Shown here: piece after piece, positions 1 to 9,961 of the stretch
Layout: the number at the start of each line of letters is the position of its first letter
Numbering within the stretch: position 1 is the first letter of the stretch
DNA from: Reclinomonas americana ATCC 50394
Lineage: Eukaryota
Assembly (NCBI GenBank): GCA_048213135.1
Contig: PS015009.1
Location: 310,001-374,000, forward strand
Direction: 5' to 3'
Length of the DNA: 64,000 nt
Position numbers and translations under genes: made by a program
The notes under the pieces: model-generated
The model's input: only the letters and a program-made list of their open reading frames with translations
The model's database searches: none
What the model was told of the DNA's origin: nothing

Positions 1-752
1 AACGCCTGCGTAAAGCGGAAGTACAGGCCCTGGAACCCGACGTGGAACTGAATGTGGCAGGCGCAGTATTATTTAAAGATGATTGTCATTTTCACCCGGG
101 TAAAATGATGACCGCGTTAAAAAATTACCTTACCGAAAAAGGCGTGCAGTTTCAACTCCATACTACCGTAACGGGCTTTGAAAAATCGGCCAACAGGATA
201 AATGCTGTGATCACCGACAAGGGAAAATTCAACTGCGACAAACTGGTACTGGCCGCGGGAAGCTGGCTGCCTGTACTGTCGAAGATGATGGGCATACACC
301 TGCTGCTGCAGGCAGGCAAAGGTTACAGCCACACGTATCAAAACGTGGAAAAAAACATACGTTATCCCGCCATACTGGTGGATGGCCGTTGCGCCATCAC
401 ACCCTGGGGGCATATGCTTCGCATTGGCGGCACTATGGAACTGAGCGGCATCAATAACAAAGTACTGATCAAAAGAATGCAGGGCATTTATGATTCGGCG
501 AAAGATTTTTATCCCGGCCTGCAAATTGATTTCCCTCCTGCTGATAAGATCTGGAACGGGTTGAGACCGGTTACTCCTGATGGACTGCCTTATATCGGTA
601 AACACTCCTCACTTGACAACCTGGTGATTGCAGGCGGACATGCCATGCTGGGTATTTCGCAGGGAACGGGTACGGGCAAACTGGTAACGGAGATCATACA
701 GCGAAATGATACCAGCATTAATATCAGTGCTTTTGGAGTGGAACGGTTTTGA
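1..752 (+). CDS. FAD-dependent D-amino acid dehydrogenase/oxidase (DadA family), 5'-truncated by window edge
   Basis: LVLAAGSW, GKGYS, LRIGGTME, WNGLRPVTPDGLPYIG and GHAMLG..GTGTG motifs; frame is open to the window start. Confidence 0.85.
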   Translation, partial: RLRKAEVQALEPDVELNVAGAVLFKDDCHFHPGKMMTALKNYLTEKGVQFQLHTTVTGFEKSANRINAVITDKGKFNCDKLVLAAGSWLPVLSKMMGIHLLLQAGKGYSHTYQNVEKNIRYPAILVDGRCAITPWGHMLRIGGTMELSGINNKVLIKRMQGIYDSAKDFYPGLQIDFPPADKIWNGLRPVTPDGLPYIGKHSSLDNLVIAGGHAMLGISQGTGTGKLVTEIIQRNDTSINISAFGVERF

Positions 753-759
753 TGTTGTT

Positions 760-3603
760 TCACCACAAAGAACGAGAGAACGCAAAGATTACGCAATGAT
801 TTTTCTTAAAAAAGAAGGCCCCGGAAAATTCCGGGGCCTTCTTTTTTAATTTTGAATTTTTACTTTTTAATTCTTCCTCACCGTATCCACAGCCGGCTTT
901 TTTTTTCTTCAGCAGGTTATCGAAAATTCCTTTTACCGCATCTGCGGGTTTGGGTACGGCCGGCTTATTGGTACCGGTGCTGTCTTTTACAGTCGCCGTA
1001 TCTTTCTGTTGTTTTATTTTTTTAGCCAGCTCTTCTTTCGCCTGCTGCAGTAATTTGTCCTTCATATTTTTCACCGTATCGGTCAGCATTTTTTTAGCGC
1101 TGTCGATCTTTGCCTGGGCAAAGTCCTTCACCTGGTCCTTTAACTGGTCGGCGATATTTTGTCCCGTTCTGTTGAGGTCTGCCTTCACAGTAGGATTGGT
1201 AAAACTACCACCGAGTTTCAGCACAAAATTCACGGTCTCCCCTACTTTCAGCGGGATGCCTTTATTGTTCACCGCCTGTGCCAGGTTATCCACCAGCTGG
1301 TTACCCTGCGATCCCATCAGCGCACGGGGCACTTTCATATTGATCACATAATCGAGACTCTGGTCAAAACCCTGCAGGCCACCGATCTCCATGCTGATGT
1401 CTTTTACTTTCAGCGTAAAAGGTTTCACCAGTAATTTGCCATTCGAGAATTCAAAATAGCTCTTTACATCTTTCAGTGAAATATCTTTCAACGCGGCCAC
1501 ATTCAATGTGCTGGCTATTTTATCGAGTGGCGCGAAACGACTTAGGAATCCTTCAATAAGTAACAGATTTCCGCTGCCCGATAGGGTCGACAGGTCGAGG
1601 TTCATACCTTCGCCCAGGCGGCCATTGGCGGAAAGTGATGAAGTCAGTTTACCGGCCAGGAATTTACCGATCGGCATCAGGCTCTGCATCGAATTAAAGG
1701 CGTAAAAAGTTTTGCGGATGTCCACGCCTGTTACATCATATTTTAGCGCCACGGCTGGCGTAACCTTATTTTCTTTAGTACTGTACGATCCGTTGATGAC
1801 CATATTACCATCCAGTGCATTGCCTTTCACATTGGTGAAAACAATGCCCTGGTCGGCCAGTTTGAGGTTTCCTTCCAGGTTACGGATGTCCAATTGATCA
1901 TACAACAACTGGCCCACTTTCGCATCCAGCGACACCTGCAGGTTGGCCGGCACTACAAAGGGAGCACTTCCGGAAGTGGCGCTTACGCCACCCGAAGGTG
2001 TTTTCTCTGGCGGCAGGTTAGCGTCGGTCGAAGGTGTTACACCCGCCAGTTTCATCAGGTCCACTTTATCGGAACTAACCGACAGATCTGCCTTCAGCGG
2101 GCTGCCCTTCATCAGGTAACTGAATAAATTATTGATGGCGCCGGCTGCCGTAAAGCTGGTTCCCTGGTATTGACCGGCTACATTAGACAGATTGATCTTT
2201 GATGGCGTGAAAGCGGCCGAAGCGGTAGTAACGCCCACTCCTTCGGGGTAGTCGGGCGATGCGTAGAAGAAACGGCTCACACCTACATTACCCGACGCGT
2301 CGAAACGATCGTAGTGACCGGCTTCCGCATCGTTCACGCTTCCTTTTACATTTACATCGGCATCGATAAGCCCGGCAAGTTTAGTGCCTTTATCCAGTTT
2401 CATGAAACTGCTTACATCTGCCAGGTCGAGTTTGCCTTTGGCACCGGCATCTACATACATTTCTGTTTCGGGTTTTTGCAGGAGCAGCCTGAAATCGAAA
2501 GGATCACTGCCCATTACCAGGTGCCCATTTTCCACCTTTATCACCAGGTTATCCGGCAAACCATTGCTGTTGTCGACCATAGCGGAAAAATTAATATCCT
2601 TTACCGGCTTGGGCAGATCCTTATACTGGAAGAACCCATTCTTCACCTGCATATCCAGGTGATAGGCGGGCATGGACGTTTCTGTATATTTTCCTTTTAC
2701 AAACCCGGAGAAGATACCGGTCCCGCTCGTGTTCAGCTGGTTAAAATCCTGTTTATAAATAGACGGCACCAGTGAAAGGATATTCTTAAACTCTGTAGAC
2801 GGTGCTTTGAACTGCATATCCATATCCCAACCATCTGCCAGGGAAGCGATACTGCCTTGCGCTTCCACTATCAGATCATTAATGGTAACAAGGGCCTTTT
2901 TAAAATTATAGGCGCCTTTGCTGTTGTCGATATCAAAGTCGGCATCCAGGCTGGTTTTAACCGCTGCCAGGTAAGGAATATTTCCCTGGGTAAAATCAAC
3001 GGAAGCGGCTTTGGTTGTTGTAGACAGAGTAAAATGATCGGCAGTAAAATCACCTTTGCCTTCATGATCGAGGCCGGTAACATTGGCATACATACCGCCC
3101 GCTTCATCATCGAGCCGGATGTGCGCATTATGGATGGCATAACGCTGCAATTCCATTTTAAAAGGTTTGGCCGCTTCTTTTTCAGTCGTCTTCTGTGCTG
3201 TATCGGGTTTCACAATATCCCAGTTGGCAAATCCTTCCTTCAGGCGTACCAGGCGTATATCCGGCGACTCCAGTTCAACCGAATATATCTTCATATCCTT
3301 ACCCCTGATGATGCTCATGATATTCACGGACGCGTCCAGTTTTTTAGCCTGCAATAAAGTATCCGCAAGGAAAACATCATTACCGGTAATGCGTACGTCC
3401 TCAATCGCTACAGATACCCTCGGGAATTTCCTGAAGAAAGAAATGTCCACATCTTTAAAATCCACTTTGGCGTTAAGGTTTTTGTTGATCTCCTTTTTTA
3501 CGAGCGCCACAATTTTCCCTTTGAATAAAAAAGGAATACTGAAAAGGATGACGATGATGATACCGAGGACGATCAATGTCCGTTTAATGATCTTCTTCCA
3601 CAT
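760..3603 (-). CDS. AsmA family protein (true 3' end probably at 867; see findings)
   Basis: N-terminal TM anchor, long beta-rich body, NWDIVK motif and AsmA-like C-terminal region. Confidence 0.85.
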   Translation of the reverse strand: MWKKIIKRTLIVLGIIIVILFSIPFLFKGKIVALVKKEINKNLNAKVDFKDVDISFFRKFPRVSVAIEDVRITGNDVFLADTLLQAKKLDASVNIMSIIRGKDMKIYSVELESPDIRLVRLKEGFANWDIVKPDTAQKTTEKEAAKPFKMELQRYAIHNAHIRLDDEAGGMYANVTGLDHEGKGDFTADHFTLSTTTKAASVDFTQGNIPYLAAVKTSLDADFDIDNSKGAYNFKKALVTINDLIVEAQGSIASLADGWDMDMQFKAPSTEFKNILSLVPSIYKQDFNQLNTSGTGIFSGFVKGKYTETSMPAYHLDMQVKNGFFQYKDLPKPVKDINFSAMVDNSNGLPDNLVIKVENGHLVMGSDPFDFRLLLQKPETEMYVDAGAKGKLDLADVSSFMKLDKGTKLAGLIDADVNVKGSVNDAEAGHYDRFDASGNVGVSRFFYASPDYPEGVGVTTASAAFTPSKINLSNVAGQYQGTSFTAAGAINNLFSYLMKGSPLKADLSVSSDKVDLMKLAGVTPSTDANLPPEKTPSGGVSATSGSAPFVVPANLQVSLDAKVGQLLYDQLDIRNLEGNLKLADQGIVFTNVKGNALDGNMVINGSYSTKENKVTPAVALKYDVTGVDIRKTFYAFNSMQSLMPIGKFLAGKLTSSLSANGRLGEGMNLDLSTLSGSGNLLLIEGFLSRFAPLDKIASTLNVAALKDISLKDVKSYFEFSNGKLLVKPFTLKVKDISMEIGGLQGFDQSLDYVINMKVPRALMGSQGNQLVDNLAQAVNNKGIPLKVGETVNFVLKLGGSFTNPTVKADLNRTGQNIADQLKDQVKDFAQAKIDSAKKMLTDTVKNMKDKLLQQAKEELAKKIKQQKDTATVKDSTGTNKPAVPKPADAVKGIFDNLLKKKKAGCGYGEEELKSKNSKLKKKAPEFSGAFFFKKNHCVIFAFSRSLW
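806..849. terminator. Bidirectional intrinsic terminator between convergent dadA-like and asmA-like genes
   Basis: Inverted repeat TTAAAAAAGAAGGCCCCGGAA / TTCCGGGGCCTTCTTTTTTAA with A and T tails. Confidence 0.9.
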
Positions 3604-3645
3604 GTGGTATGTAGTCTTTAGTAATTAGTAGTTAGACATTCAGAT

Positions 3646-5049
3646 CTAAGTCAAACCAATTTCATAATGCCTTTCCGGTATTTCGATGTCGGAAAAACCT
3701 TTTTTCATCAGTCTCATTCTGAATGCCTGCTGCACTTCGTATTCTCCGTGTACCAGGAATAATTTAGTCACTGCTTTGGGGTCCTGGCAGGCGAGGAACT
3801 GGCTCAGGTCTTCATAATCGCCGTGGGCGCTCATGCTGCGGATAACGCCGATCTCAGCATTTACCTCATGCGATACACCAAAGATGTTGACTTCCTTCCT
3901 ACCATCGAGCAGTTTGCCACCCAGTGAACGCGGTTCACAATAACCGGTAAACAAAATGGTGTTGCGGCTGCTTTCTATATTATTGCTGATGTGGTGTTTT
4001 ACCCTGCCCGCATCGGCCATACCACTGGCGGAAATGATGACACAGGGTCCGTTGCGGAAGTTGAGCAGTTTGGATTCTTCCACGGAACGGATGGCCTTTA
4101 ATCCCTTAAAAGCAAAAGGATCATTATCGGTCTGCAGTACTTTCTGTATGGTACGATTGAAATACTCCGGGTATTGTTTAATGAGTTCTGTCGCGTCAAC
4201 ACTCAGCGGACTGTCGAGGAAATAATCCAGGTCGGGCAGGCGGCGTTCCAGTTCCAGCTGGTTCAGGGAATACAGTATTTCCTGTGTACGCCCCACGCTG
4301 AAGGCCGGCATGATCAATTTACCTTTCTTTTGCAGGCAGGCTTTTTCAATCCAGTGCAGTACCTGGTCTGGCGTGGTAATGGTTACATCATGCAGGGAAT
4401 TGCCGTAGGTCGACTCCAGCAGGATATAATCCGCCTGCGGAAATACAGCGGGCGAGCGAAGGATGATATCGCGGTAACGGCCTACATCACCACTGAAGGT
4501 AATGCGTTTGGTTTTGCCGTTCTCTGTCGCTTTCAGGTGTACCGCGGCGCTGCCGATAATGTGCCCTGCATCGGTATACATCACGGAAATATGCTCGTCG
4601 ATGATATACCAGTTGTCGTAATCCACTTCCACGAAACGGTCCATAGCCGTCATGGCGTCGGCCACTGTATATAATGGCTGCAGGTAAGGCAGTCCCTGTG
4701 CCGCCCTTTGTTTATTCTCGTACTTGATCTCGTTCTCCTGTATGGTGGCTGAGTCTTCCAGCAGCAGGGCGGCCAGTGCTTTGGTGGCCGGTGTGCAATA
4801 TATCTTGCCCGGGAAACCGTCTTTCACCAGTTTGGGTATAAGACCGCAATGATCCACGTGCGCATGCGACAATATCATATGCGTTACTTCCGCAGGTTCA
4901 AACCCCCACTCCCGGTTCATCGCGTCGGTATCCCTGCCCATGCCCTGGAACATACCGCAATCGAGCAGGTATTTCTTCCCGTTGGATATGGATAAAAGAT
5001 GTTTGGAGCCGGTAACCGTACGGGCTGCGCCATGAAATGCAATTTTCAT
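3646..5049 (-). CDS. Metallo-beta-lactamase/beta-CASP ribonuclease (YSH1/CPSF73-like)
   Basis: GAARTVTGS, DCGMFQG, SHAHVDH, AGHIIGSA, ESTYG, PAFSVGRTQE and MSAHGD motifs. Confidence 0.9.
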   Translation of the reverse strand: MKIAFHGAARTVTGSKHLLSISNGKKYLLDCGMFQGMGRDTDAMNREWGFEPAEVTHMILSHAHVDHCGLIPKLVKDGFPGKIYCTPATKALAALLLEDSATIQENEIKYENKQRAAQGLPYLQPLYTVADAMTAMDRFVEVDYDNWYIIDEHISVMYTDAGHIIGSAAVHLKATENGKTKRITFSGDVGRYRDIILRSPAVFPQADYILLESTYGNSLHDVTITTPDQVLHWIEKACLQKKGKLIMPAFSVGRTQEILYSLNQLELERRLPDLDYFLDSPLSVDATELIKQYPEYFNRTIQKVLQTDNDPFAFKGLKAIRSVEESKLLNFRNGPCVIISASGMADAGRVKHHISNNIESSRNTILFTGYCEPRSLGGKLLDGRKEVNIFGVSHEVNAEIGVIRSMSAHGDYEDLSQFLACQDPKAVTKLFLVHGEYEVQQAFRMRLMKKGFSDIEIPERHYEIGLT

Positions 5050-5187
5050 TTGAATTGTTTTAACTGTTTTACAATGATCGCTTTAAGGTTTCAAAGGCCG
5101 GTTGGCGTAGAGGCGGCCGGTAATGAAGATACTCCATTATGACGTTAACCGTACAGGGAAGGGTTGCTAAAAAAAGATGAAAAAAAA

Positions 5188-5218
5188 TTTGGATAATAAA
5201 AAAAGGGGACTATTTTTG
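5188..5218 (+). promoter_or_regulatory. Bacteroidota primary-sigma promoter of the ABC/GntR operon
   Basis: TTTG (5188-5191), 19-nt spacer, TATTTTTG (5211-5218). Confidence 0.7.
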
Positions 5219-5219
5219 C

Positions 5220-5243
5220 AGTGTATTAGTTATCTAGTACACT
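5220..5243. promoter_or_regulatory. YtrA-subfamily GntR operator
   Basis: AGTGTATTAG-TTAT-CTAGTACACT palindrome (9/10 arm match) over the predicted start site; YtrA-type regulator in the same operon. Confidence 0.8.
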
Positions 5244-5256
5244 AAAACATCATCAC

Positions 5257-6090
5257 ATGATCAACATCAGCGACCTGCATTTCAGCTACAAAAGCAAGAA
5301 GGTACTCGACGGCCTTTCGCTGCGCCTGCAGCCGGGGCATATCTACGGATTACTGGGTAAGAACGGTACGGGCAAATCGACCCTGCTTAGGAATATCGCC
5401 GGGCTGCTGTTCCCGCGCCAGGGCCGGATTGATGTGCTGGGGTTCAATCCTTCCCGCAGGGATCCCGGTTTTTTACAGGAGGTCTTCATTGTACCGGAAG
5501 AGTTCTACCTGCCCAATATCAGCATACATAAGTTTATTTACTATAATGCTTCGCTCTACCCCAGGTTCAGCGGCGACAAATTCAACCAGTACCTGAAAGA
5601 GTTTGAAATACCCGCAGACTGCACATTGCAGGACATGAGTTATGGCCAGAAAAAGAAAGTGCTGATCGCTTTCGGGCTGGCCTGCAACACGGCGCTCTTA
5701 CTGATGGATGAACCCACCAACGGGCTGGATATCCTGAGCAAAAGCCAGTTCAGGAAAGTAATGGCCGCGGCAACGGATGAAAACAAGTGCATCATCATCA
5801 GCACGCACCAGGTAAAAGATCTCGAAAGCCTGATTGACCGGATTACCATTATCGAGGATGGTAAAATATTGTTTGACCAGGATATCGATACCATCACCCG
5901 CAAGCTGCAGTTCAAAATATCATTTGATCCCGATGAGACCAGTGCCGCGCTGTACAGCGAGTCCTCCCTGAAAGGCAGCGCCATTATTACCCCCAATACC
6001 GACGAAGAAGAAAGCCGCCTTGACCTGGAGATGCTGTACAAAGCCCTTATACTGAACCGTAACAAGATCGAACATGTATTCAACCAATAA
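5257..6090 (+). CDS. ABC transporter ATP-binding protein
   Basis: Walker A GKNGTGKST, signature SYGQKKK, LLMDEPTNGLD, ISTH. Confidence 0.95.
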   Translation: MINISDLHFSYKSKKVLDGLSLRLQPGHIYGLLGKNGTGKSTLLRNIAGLLFPRQGRIDVLGFNPSRRDPGFLQEVFIVPEEFYLPNISIHKFIYYNASLYPRFSGDKFNQYLKEFEIPADCTLQDMSYGQKKKVLIAFGLACNTALLLMDEPTNGLDILSKSQFRKVMAAATDENKCIIISTHQVKDLESLIDRITIIEDGKILFDQDIDTITRKLQFKISFDPDETSAALYSESSLKGSAIITPNTDEEESRLDLEMLYKALILNRNKIEHVFNQ

Positions 6091-6100
6091 GACAGTCAAC

Positions 6101-6889
6101 ATGAACAATTATTTCAGCTTTAGCCGGTGGTGGCTGCTGGTAAGGAAACAGTGGGGTGAGAACGCGAAACTTTATTTACTGGGAATGCTGGCCATACTGG
6201 GTTTGATGGCCTTTGGCTTCTTCCTTTGGGTGGTATCGCATGGCAGATCGGAAAAATACCAGGAGGTGACACTTTATTTCCTGGGATTGATCGGGCTCTT
6301 TCTTACGGGAGCCGTATTCGCCAGCATGCTGTTCAGCAGCCTGTCGCAGCGAGATAAGGCCATACACTGGCTGGGAGCACCTGCCACTCACCTGGAGAAA
6401 TTATGCTGTGCGCTTTTTTATTCGGTGATCGTATTCAACGGCTTTTACCTACTCAGCTTTTTCCTGGTGAAAGCCGCGGGGTTCGCCATTCTGCGTACCA
6501 ACCCGGCACATACGATAATAGAGATACAGTCATTCAGGGAAAAAACGACCATCCTTGTGCGGTACCTGTTCACCATTTATATTGCTGTACAGGCATTGTA
6601 CCTGCTGGGTTCTGTTTATTTCAGCCGTTACTCATTTGTAAAGACGACCGTACTGGGGCTGTTGCTCATCATCATATTCATTTTATACGTCAACATGCTG
6701 CAACGCAGTTTCCTGCATGGTGGCAGCCTGTGGAGTTTTACCAGTTTCCAGATATGGGATGAGAAAGGGGGCCGTTTGTACCAGTTGCCGGACTGGGTAG
6801 ACATACCAGTTAAATTTTTCCTGCAATATGCATGGGCGCCGGTTTTCTGGCTGGCCACCTGGTACCGGCTGAAAGAGAAACAGATATAA
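6101..6889 (+). CDS. ABC transporter permease (multi-TM membrane protein)
   Basis: About 6 hydrophobic segments, PATHLEK motif, C-terminal RLKEKQI; ATG 6101 preferred as start. Confidence 0.75.
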   Translation: MNNYFSFSRWWLLVRKQWGENAKLYLLGMLAILGLMAFGFFLWVVSHGRSEKYQEVTLYFLGLIGLFLTGAVFASMLFSSLSQRDKAIHWLGAPATHLEKLCCALFYSVIVFNGFYLLSFFLVKAAGFAILRTNPAHTIIEIQSFREKTTILVRYLFTIYIAVQALYLLGSVYFSRYSFVKTTVLGLLLIIIFILYVNMLQRSFLHGGSLWSFTSFQIWDEKGGRLYQLPDWVDIPVKFFLQYAWAPVFWLATWYRLKEKQI

Positions 6890-6917
6890 CGGTAATACAT
6901 AAACGAAGAAATTAATT

Positions 6918-7295
6918 ATGCAATTCAATAATTCACAAGCCATATACCTGCAGATCGCGGATTATATCTGTGAAAAGATACTGCTGAAGGAATGGAAGGC
7001 CGAAGACCGGGTACCCAGTGTAAGGGAACTCGCCGTTCAGCTGGAAGTGAACCCCAATACCGTGATGCGCACTTTTGAATACCTGCAGCAACAGGAGATC
7101 ATTTACAACCAGCGGGGCGTAGGCTATTTTATCGCGTCGTCGGCTTTCAGGAATACAGTCGCTCTGCGCAGGGAGGCTTTCCTGGAAAGGGACCTGCCCG
7201 CGGTATTCCGCAACCTTCACCTGCTGGGTATGAGCATAGAGGAACTGGCGCCAAGGTTCGAGCGTTTCATTAAACAAAATTTCGCCAATAACTAA
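6918..7295 (+). CDS. GntR family regulator, YtrA subfamily
   Basis: IYLQI...PSVRELAVQLEVNPNTVMR..RGVG winged HTH; short (125 aa); ABC operon context. Confidence 0.92.
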   Translation: MQFNNSQAIYLQIADYICEKILLKEWKAEDRVPSVRELAVQLEVNPNTVMRTFEYLQQQEIIYNQRGVGYFIASSAFRNTVALRREAFLERDLPAVFRNLHLLGMSIEELAPRFERFIKQNFANN

Positions 7296-7304
7296 TTTTC
7301 ATAC

Positions 7305-7985
7305 ATGAAGAAGAGTAATATCATATTGCTGACTTTCATTGTCTTTCTTTTCCTGCTGGCATTCGCTTTACACGCGGCATTGGACAACAGGTACAGACAG
7401 GGCATTTTTACAAGAAAGACCGAGAATGCGGAACAATATACCACGTTCACCCTGCAACCCTACAGCAAAGTATTGTTCAGGGGACAGAGTTTTAACAAGG
7501 ACGGCAACCGCGACTGCGACCTGACTGTTACCTACGACAGCACCGGCGGCAACCTGCTAAAGATCAACAAGGTTAACCAGGCCAGTATGACGTGGCAGGT
7601 ATCCAACGATACGCTCTACATCAACATCAGCGATCCAAAAGATGTGGTACGCTGTCACCTGTCGAGCAACCGGCTGAATTATGTCGCCACCAATTCCAAT
7701 ATGGCGCTGGAACAAAACACACCATTAGGCAAACTGGACATTATCACCGGGGCTTACCTGTATATTAACAGGCTGGATGCCCGGGAACTGGGTATCACGC
7801 TGAACGATAACGCCTATTGTTACATAGAGCCCGGCGGCAACGCAACACAGTTCTCTCTTGAAATGAGAGGTGACGCCACACTGGAAGCCGATGATTCCAA
7901 ACTGGGGTTCAAGAATACCAGGTTCAGTTCCGACAGTAAGCTGTTGTTATCGGGCAGTGCCCTTCAATCGCTCAACAGACCATAA
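7305..7985 (+). CDS. Membrane-anchored/exported hypothetical protein (possible DUF2807/GIN-like beta-helix)
   Basis: N-terminal hydrophobic segment; beta-repeat-like C-terminal half. Confidence 0.6.
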   Translation: MKKSNIILLTFIVFLFLLAFALHAALDNRYRQGIFTRKTENAEQYTTFTLQPYSKVLFRGQSFNKDGNRDCDLTVTYDSTGGNLLKINKVNQASMTWQVSNDTLYINISDPKDVVRCHLSSNRLNYVATNSNMALEQNTPLGKLDIITGAYLYINRLDARELGITLNDNAYCYIEPGGNATQFSLEMRGDATLEADDSKLGFKNTRFSSDSKLLLSGSALQSLNRP

Positions 7986-8007
7986 AGTATAGCCAAAGAG
8001 TATAGCC

Positions 8008-8187
8008 ATGAAAAAAATCATTTACCTGCTGTTGCTCCCCGCCTTCGCGCTGGCCACAGCCGCTCCGCCCGGTAACAAACACCAACGGGAACGGATAAGC
8101 GAAAAACAAAACACCCGGATTTGTGCCGGTGATTTTACAGATCCTTTTGAAACAGGCAAGCCACCTGTAGCGGTATTCAAGTATTAA
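8008..8187 (+). CDS. Small exported peptide, 59 aa (not in ORF track)
   Basis: MKKIIYLLLLPAFALATAAPPGNKHQRERISEKQNTRICAGDFTDPFETGKPPVAVFKY*; signal-peptide-like N-terminus; start context matches that of the next gene at 16/17 nt. Confidence 0.65.
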   Translation: MKKIIYLLLLPAFALATAAPPGNKHQRERISEKQNTRICAGDFTDPFETGKPPVAVFKY

Positions 8188-8259
8188 TGCACATGAAAAA
8201 CAGGTAACAGAAGTGCGCACCTGCCACTTCTGTTACCTTACTAAACACAAAGTACAGCC

Positions 8260-9168
8260 ATGAAAAATTTATTGGTGGAAACACAATCCCTGGACTACAG
8301 TTTCAGCGGAAATGAAAAAACATTGCATCAACTGTCGATGCAGGTGCCCGAAGGTTGCATCTACGGCTTCCTCGGACCCAACGGCGCGGGCAAGACCACA
8401 ACCCTCCGCCTGCTGCTGGGACTGCTGCGCAAACAGCAGGGCAACATTTACATCTTCGGGAAGGAATTGTCGCAGCAGCGGTTAGACATCCTGCAAAAGA
8501 CAGGCTCCCTTATCGAACAACCTTCCCTGTATCTTCACCTTACCGGGAAAGAAAACCTGGAGATACAGCGCCGCATTTTCAATTGCAGTAAAAGTGCCGT
8601 AGACAGGGTACTCTCTACCGTAGGGCTCAGTCACGCCGCCAGCAAGAAAGCGAAAGCGTATTCATTAGGCATGAAACAAAGATTGTCGCTGGCCATAGCC
8701 CTGCTGCACCAGCCGCAGTTGCTCATCCTCGACGAACCTACCAACGGCCTCGATCCCAATGGTATCATTGAAATGCGGGAACTCATCAGGACGCTGAACC
8801 GCGAAGAAGGAACTACCATCATTGTGTCCAGTCACCTGTTATCAGAGATTGAAAAAATGGCTACGCACGCCGGCATCATCAACCACGGACGTTTTCTCTT
8901 CCAGGGAACATTACCCGAACTCAACCAGTTAAAATCGTCTTCCTCTTTTATCGAGATCGAAACGGCCGACAATACCGCCGCACTCGGCATACTGCAAACC
9001 GAACAGGCGGTACAAAAAGAGAATGGCACTATCGTATTGCCTTACAGCAGCAAGGAACAGATGGCCGCCATCAATAAAATGCTGGTGCTGCGCAATATTG
9101 ATGTGTACCAGGTGGTACTGCGCCAGATTGAACTTGAACAATTATTCCTTCAACTAACCGCTGCATAA
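8260..9168 (+). CDS. ABC transporter ATP-binding protein (BcrA/LanF-like)
   Basis: GPNGAGKTT, YSLGMKQRL, LILDEPTNGLDP, SSHLLSE. Confidence 0.93.
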   Translation: MKNLLVETQSLDYSFSGNEKTLHQLSMQVPEGCIYGFLGPNGAGKTTTLRLLLGLLRKQQGNIYIFGKELSQQRLDILQKTGSLIEQPSLYLHLTGKENLEIQRRIFNCSKSAVDRVLSTVGLSHAASKKAKAYSLGMKQRLSLAIALLHQPQLLILDEPTNGLDPNGIIEMRELIRTLNREEGTTIIVSSHLLSEIEKMATHAGIINHGRFLFQGTLPELNQLKSSSSFIEIETADNTAALGILQTEQAVQKENGTIVLPYSSKEQMAAINKMLVLRNIDVYQVVLRQIELEQLFLQLTAA

Positions 9169-9170
9169 TC

Positions 9171-9944
9171 ATGAACAACATTATATCCCTCGCCGGAACG
9201 GAATGGCTGAAAACAAAACGCACTTCCAGCATCTGGCTTACTGTACTGGGCGCTGGCTTCATCCCCGCCCTGCTCATACTCGCTTTTTTGAACAAACCCG
9301 CAGGCAACGTTAAATATCTGGGTGATGCCATCTGGCTGAAATTCATTGGTGATGCCTGGCAGGCGGAGAACTATTTTCTTTTCCCGATGTATGTGATCCT
9401 CATCTGCAGCCTGGTTACACAGGTGGAGTTCCGCAACAATACCTGGAAGCAGGTGTATGCCTCACCGGTAAGTACCAACCATGTTTACCTGTCCAAGCTG
9501 ATCAATATCGTTGCATTGATACTGCTGTTCTTTGTCCTGTTCAATATATTTCTTTTCGGATCGGCACTGGTCATCAGCCTGGTCAACAGCGATTTTAAAT
9601 TCCTGTCCTCACCCGTTCCCTGGAAAAGCTGGCTCACCATCAATGTAAAAACATTCGTAGCTGTGCTGGGCATCACCGGTATACAATACTGGATCAGTAT
9701 GCGTTTCAGGAATTTTATCTTATCGATCGGGGTGGGGCTGGCACTGCTGGTACTGGCGCTGGTTGGGCACGACAGGTGGGATCATGAATATCTTTTCCCT
9801 TATTCTTATCCTATACTGACACTGAAAACTTTTCTTCTGCCCGCGGATACTTTTTTCACACGGCATGAATGGCTCTCGATGCTATGGTTTGGTGTATCGG
9901 TAGCTTTCGGCCTGGCGGATACCAAACGGAGACGCGAGTATTAG
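9171..9944 (+). CDS. ABC permease (BcrB/LanE/LanG-like)
   Basis: TEWLKTKR start, EFRNNTWK...P motif, about 6 TM segments. Confidence 0.8.
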   Translation: MNNIISLAGTEWLKTKRTSSIWLTVLGAGFIPALLILAFLNKPAGNVKYLGDAIWLKFIGDAWQAENYFLFPMYVILICSLVTQVEFRNNTWKQVYASPVSTNHVYLSKLINIVALILLFFVLFNIFLFGSALVISLVNSDFKFLSSPVPWKSWLTINVKTFVAVLGITGIQYWISMRFRNFILSIGVGLALLVLALVGHDRWDHEYLFPYSYPILTLKTFLLPADTFFTRHEWLSMLWFGVSVAFGLADTKRRREY

Positions 9945-9961
9945 CGACGTGGTGGTCGCTG

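Noticed and set aside
8260-9944. Lantibiotic biosynthetic cluster
   Set aside because: Only immunity-like ABC genes are present; no LanB/C/M, peptidase-transporter or Ser/Thr/Cys-rich precursor.
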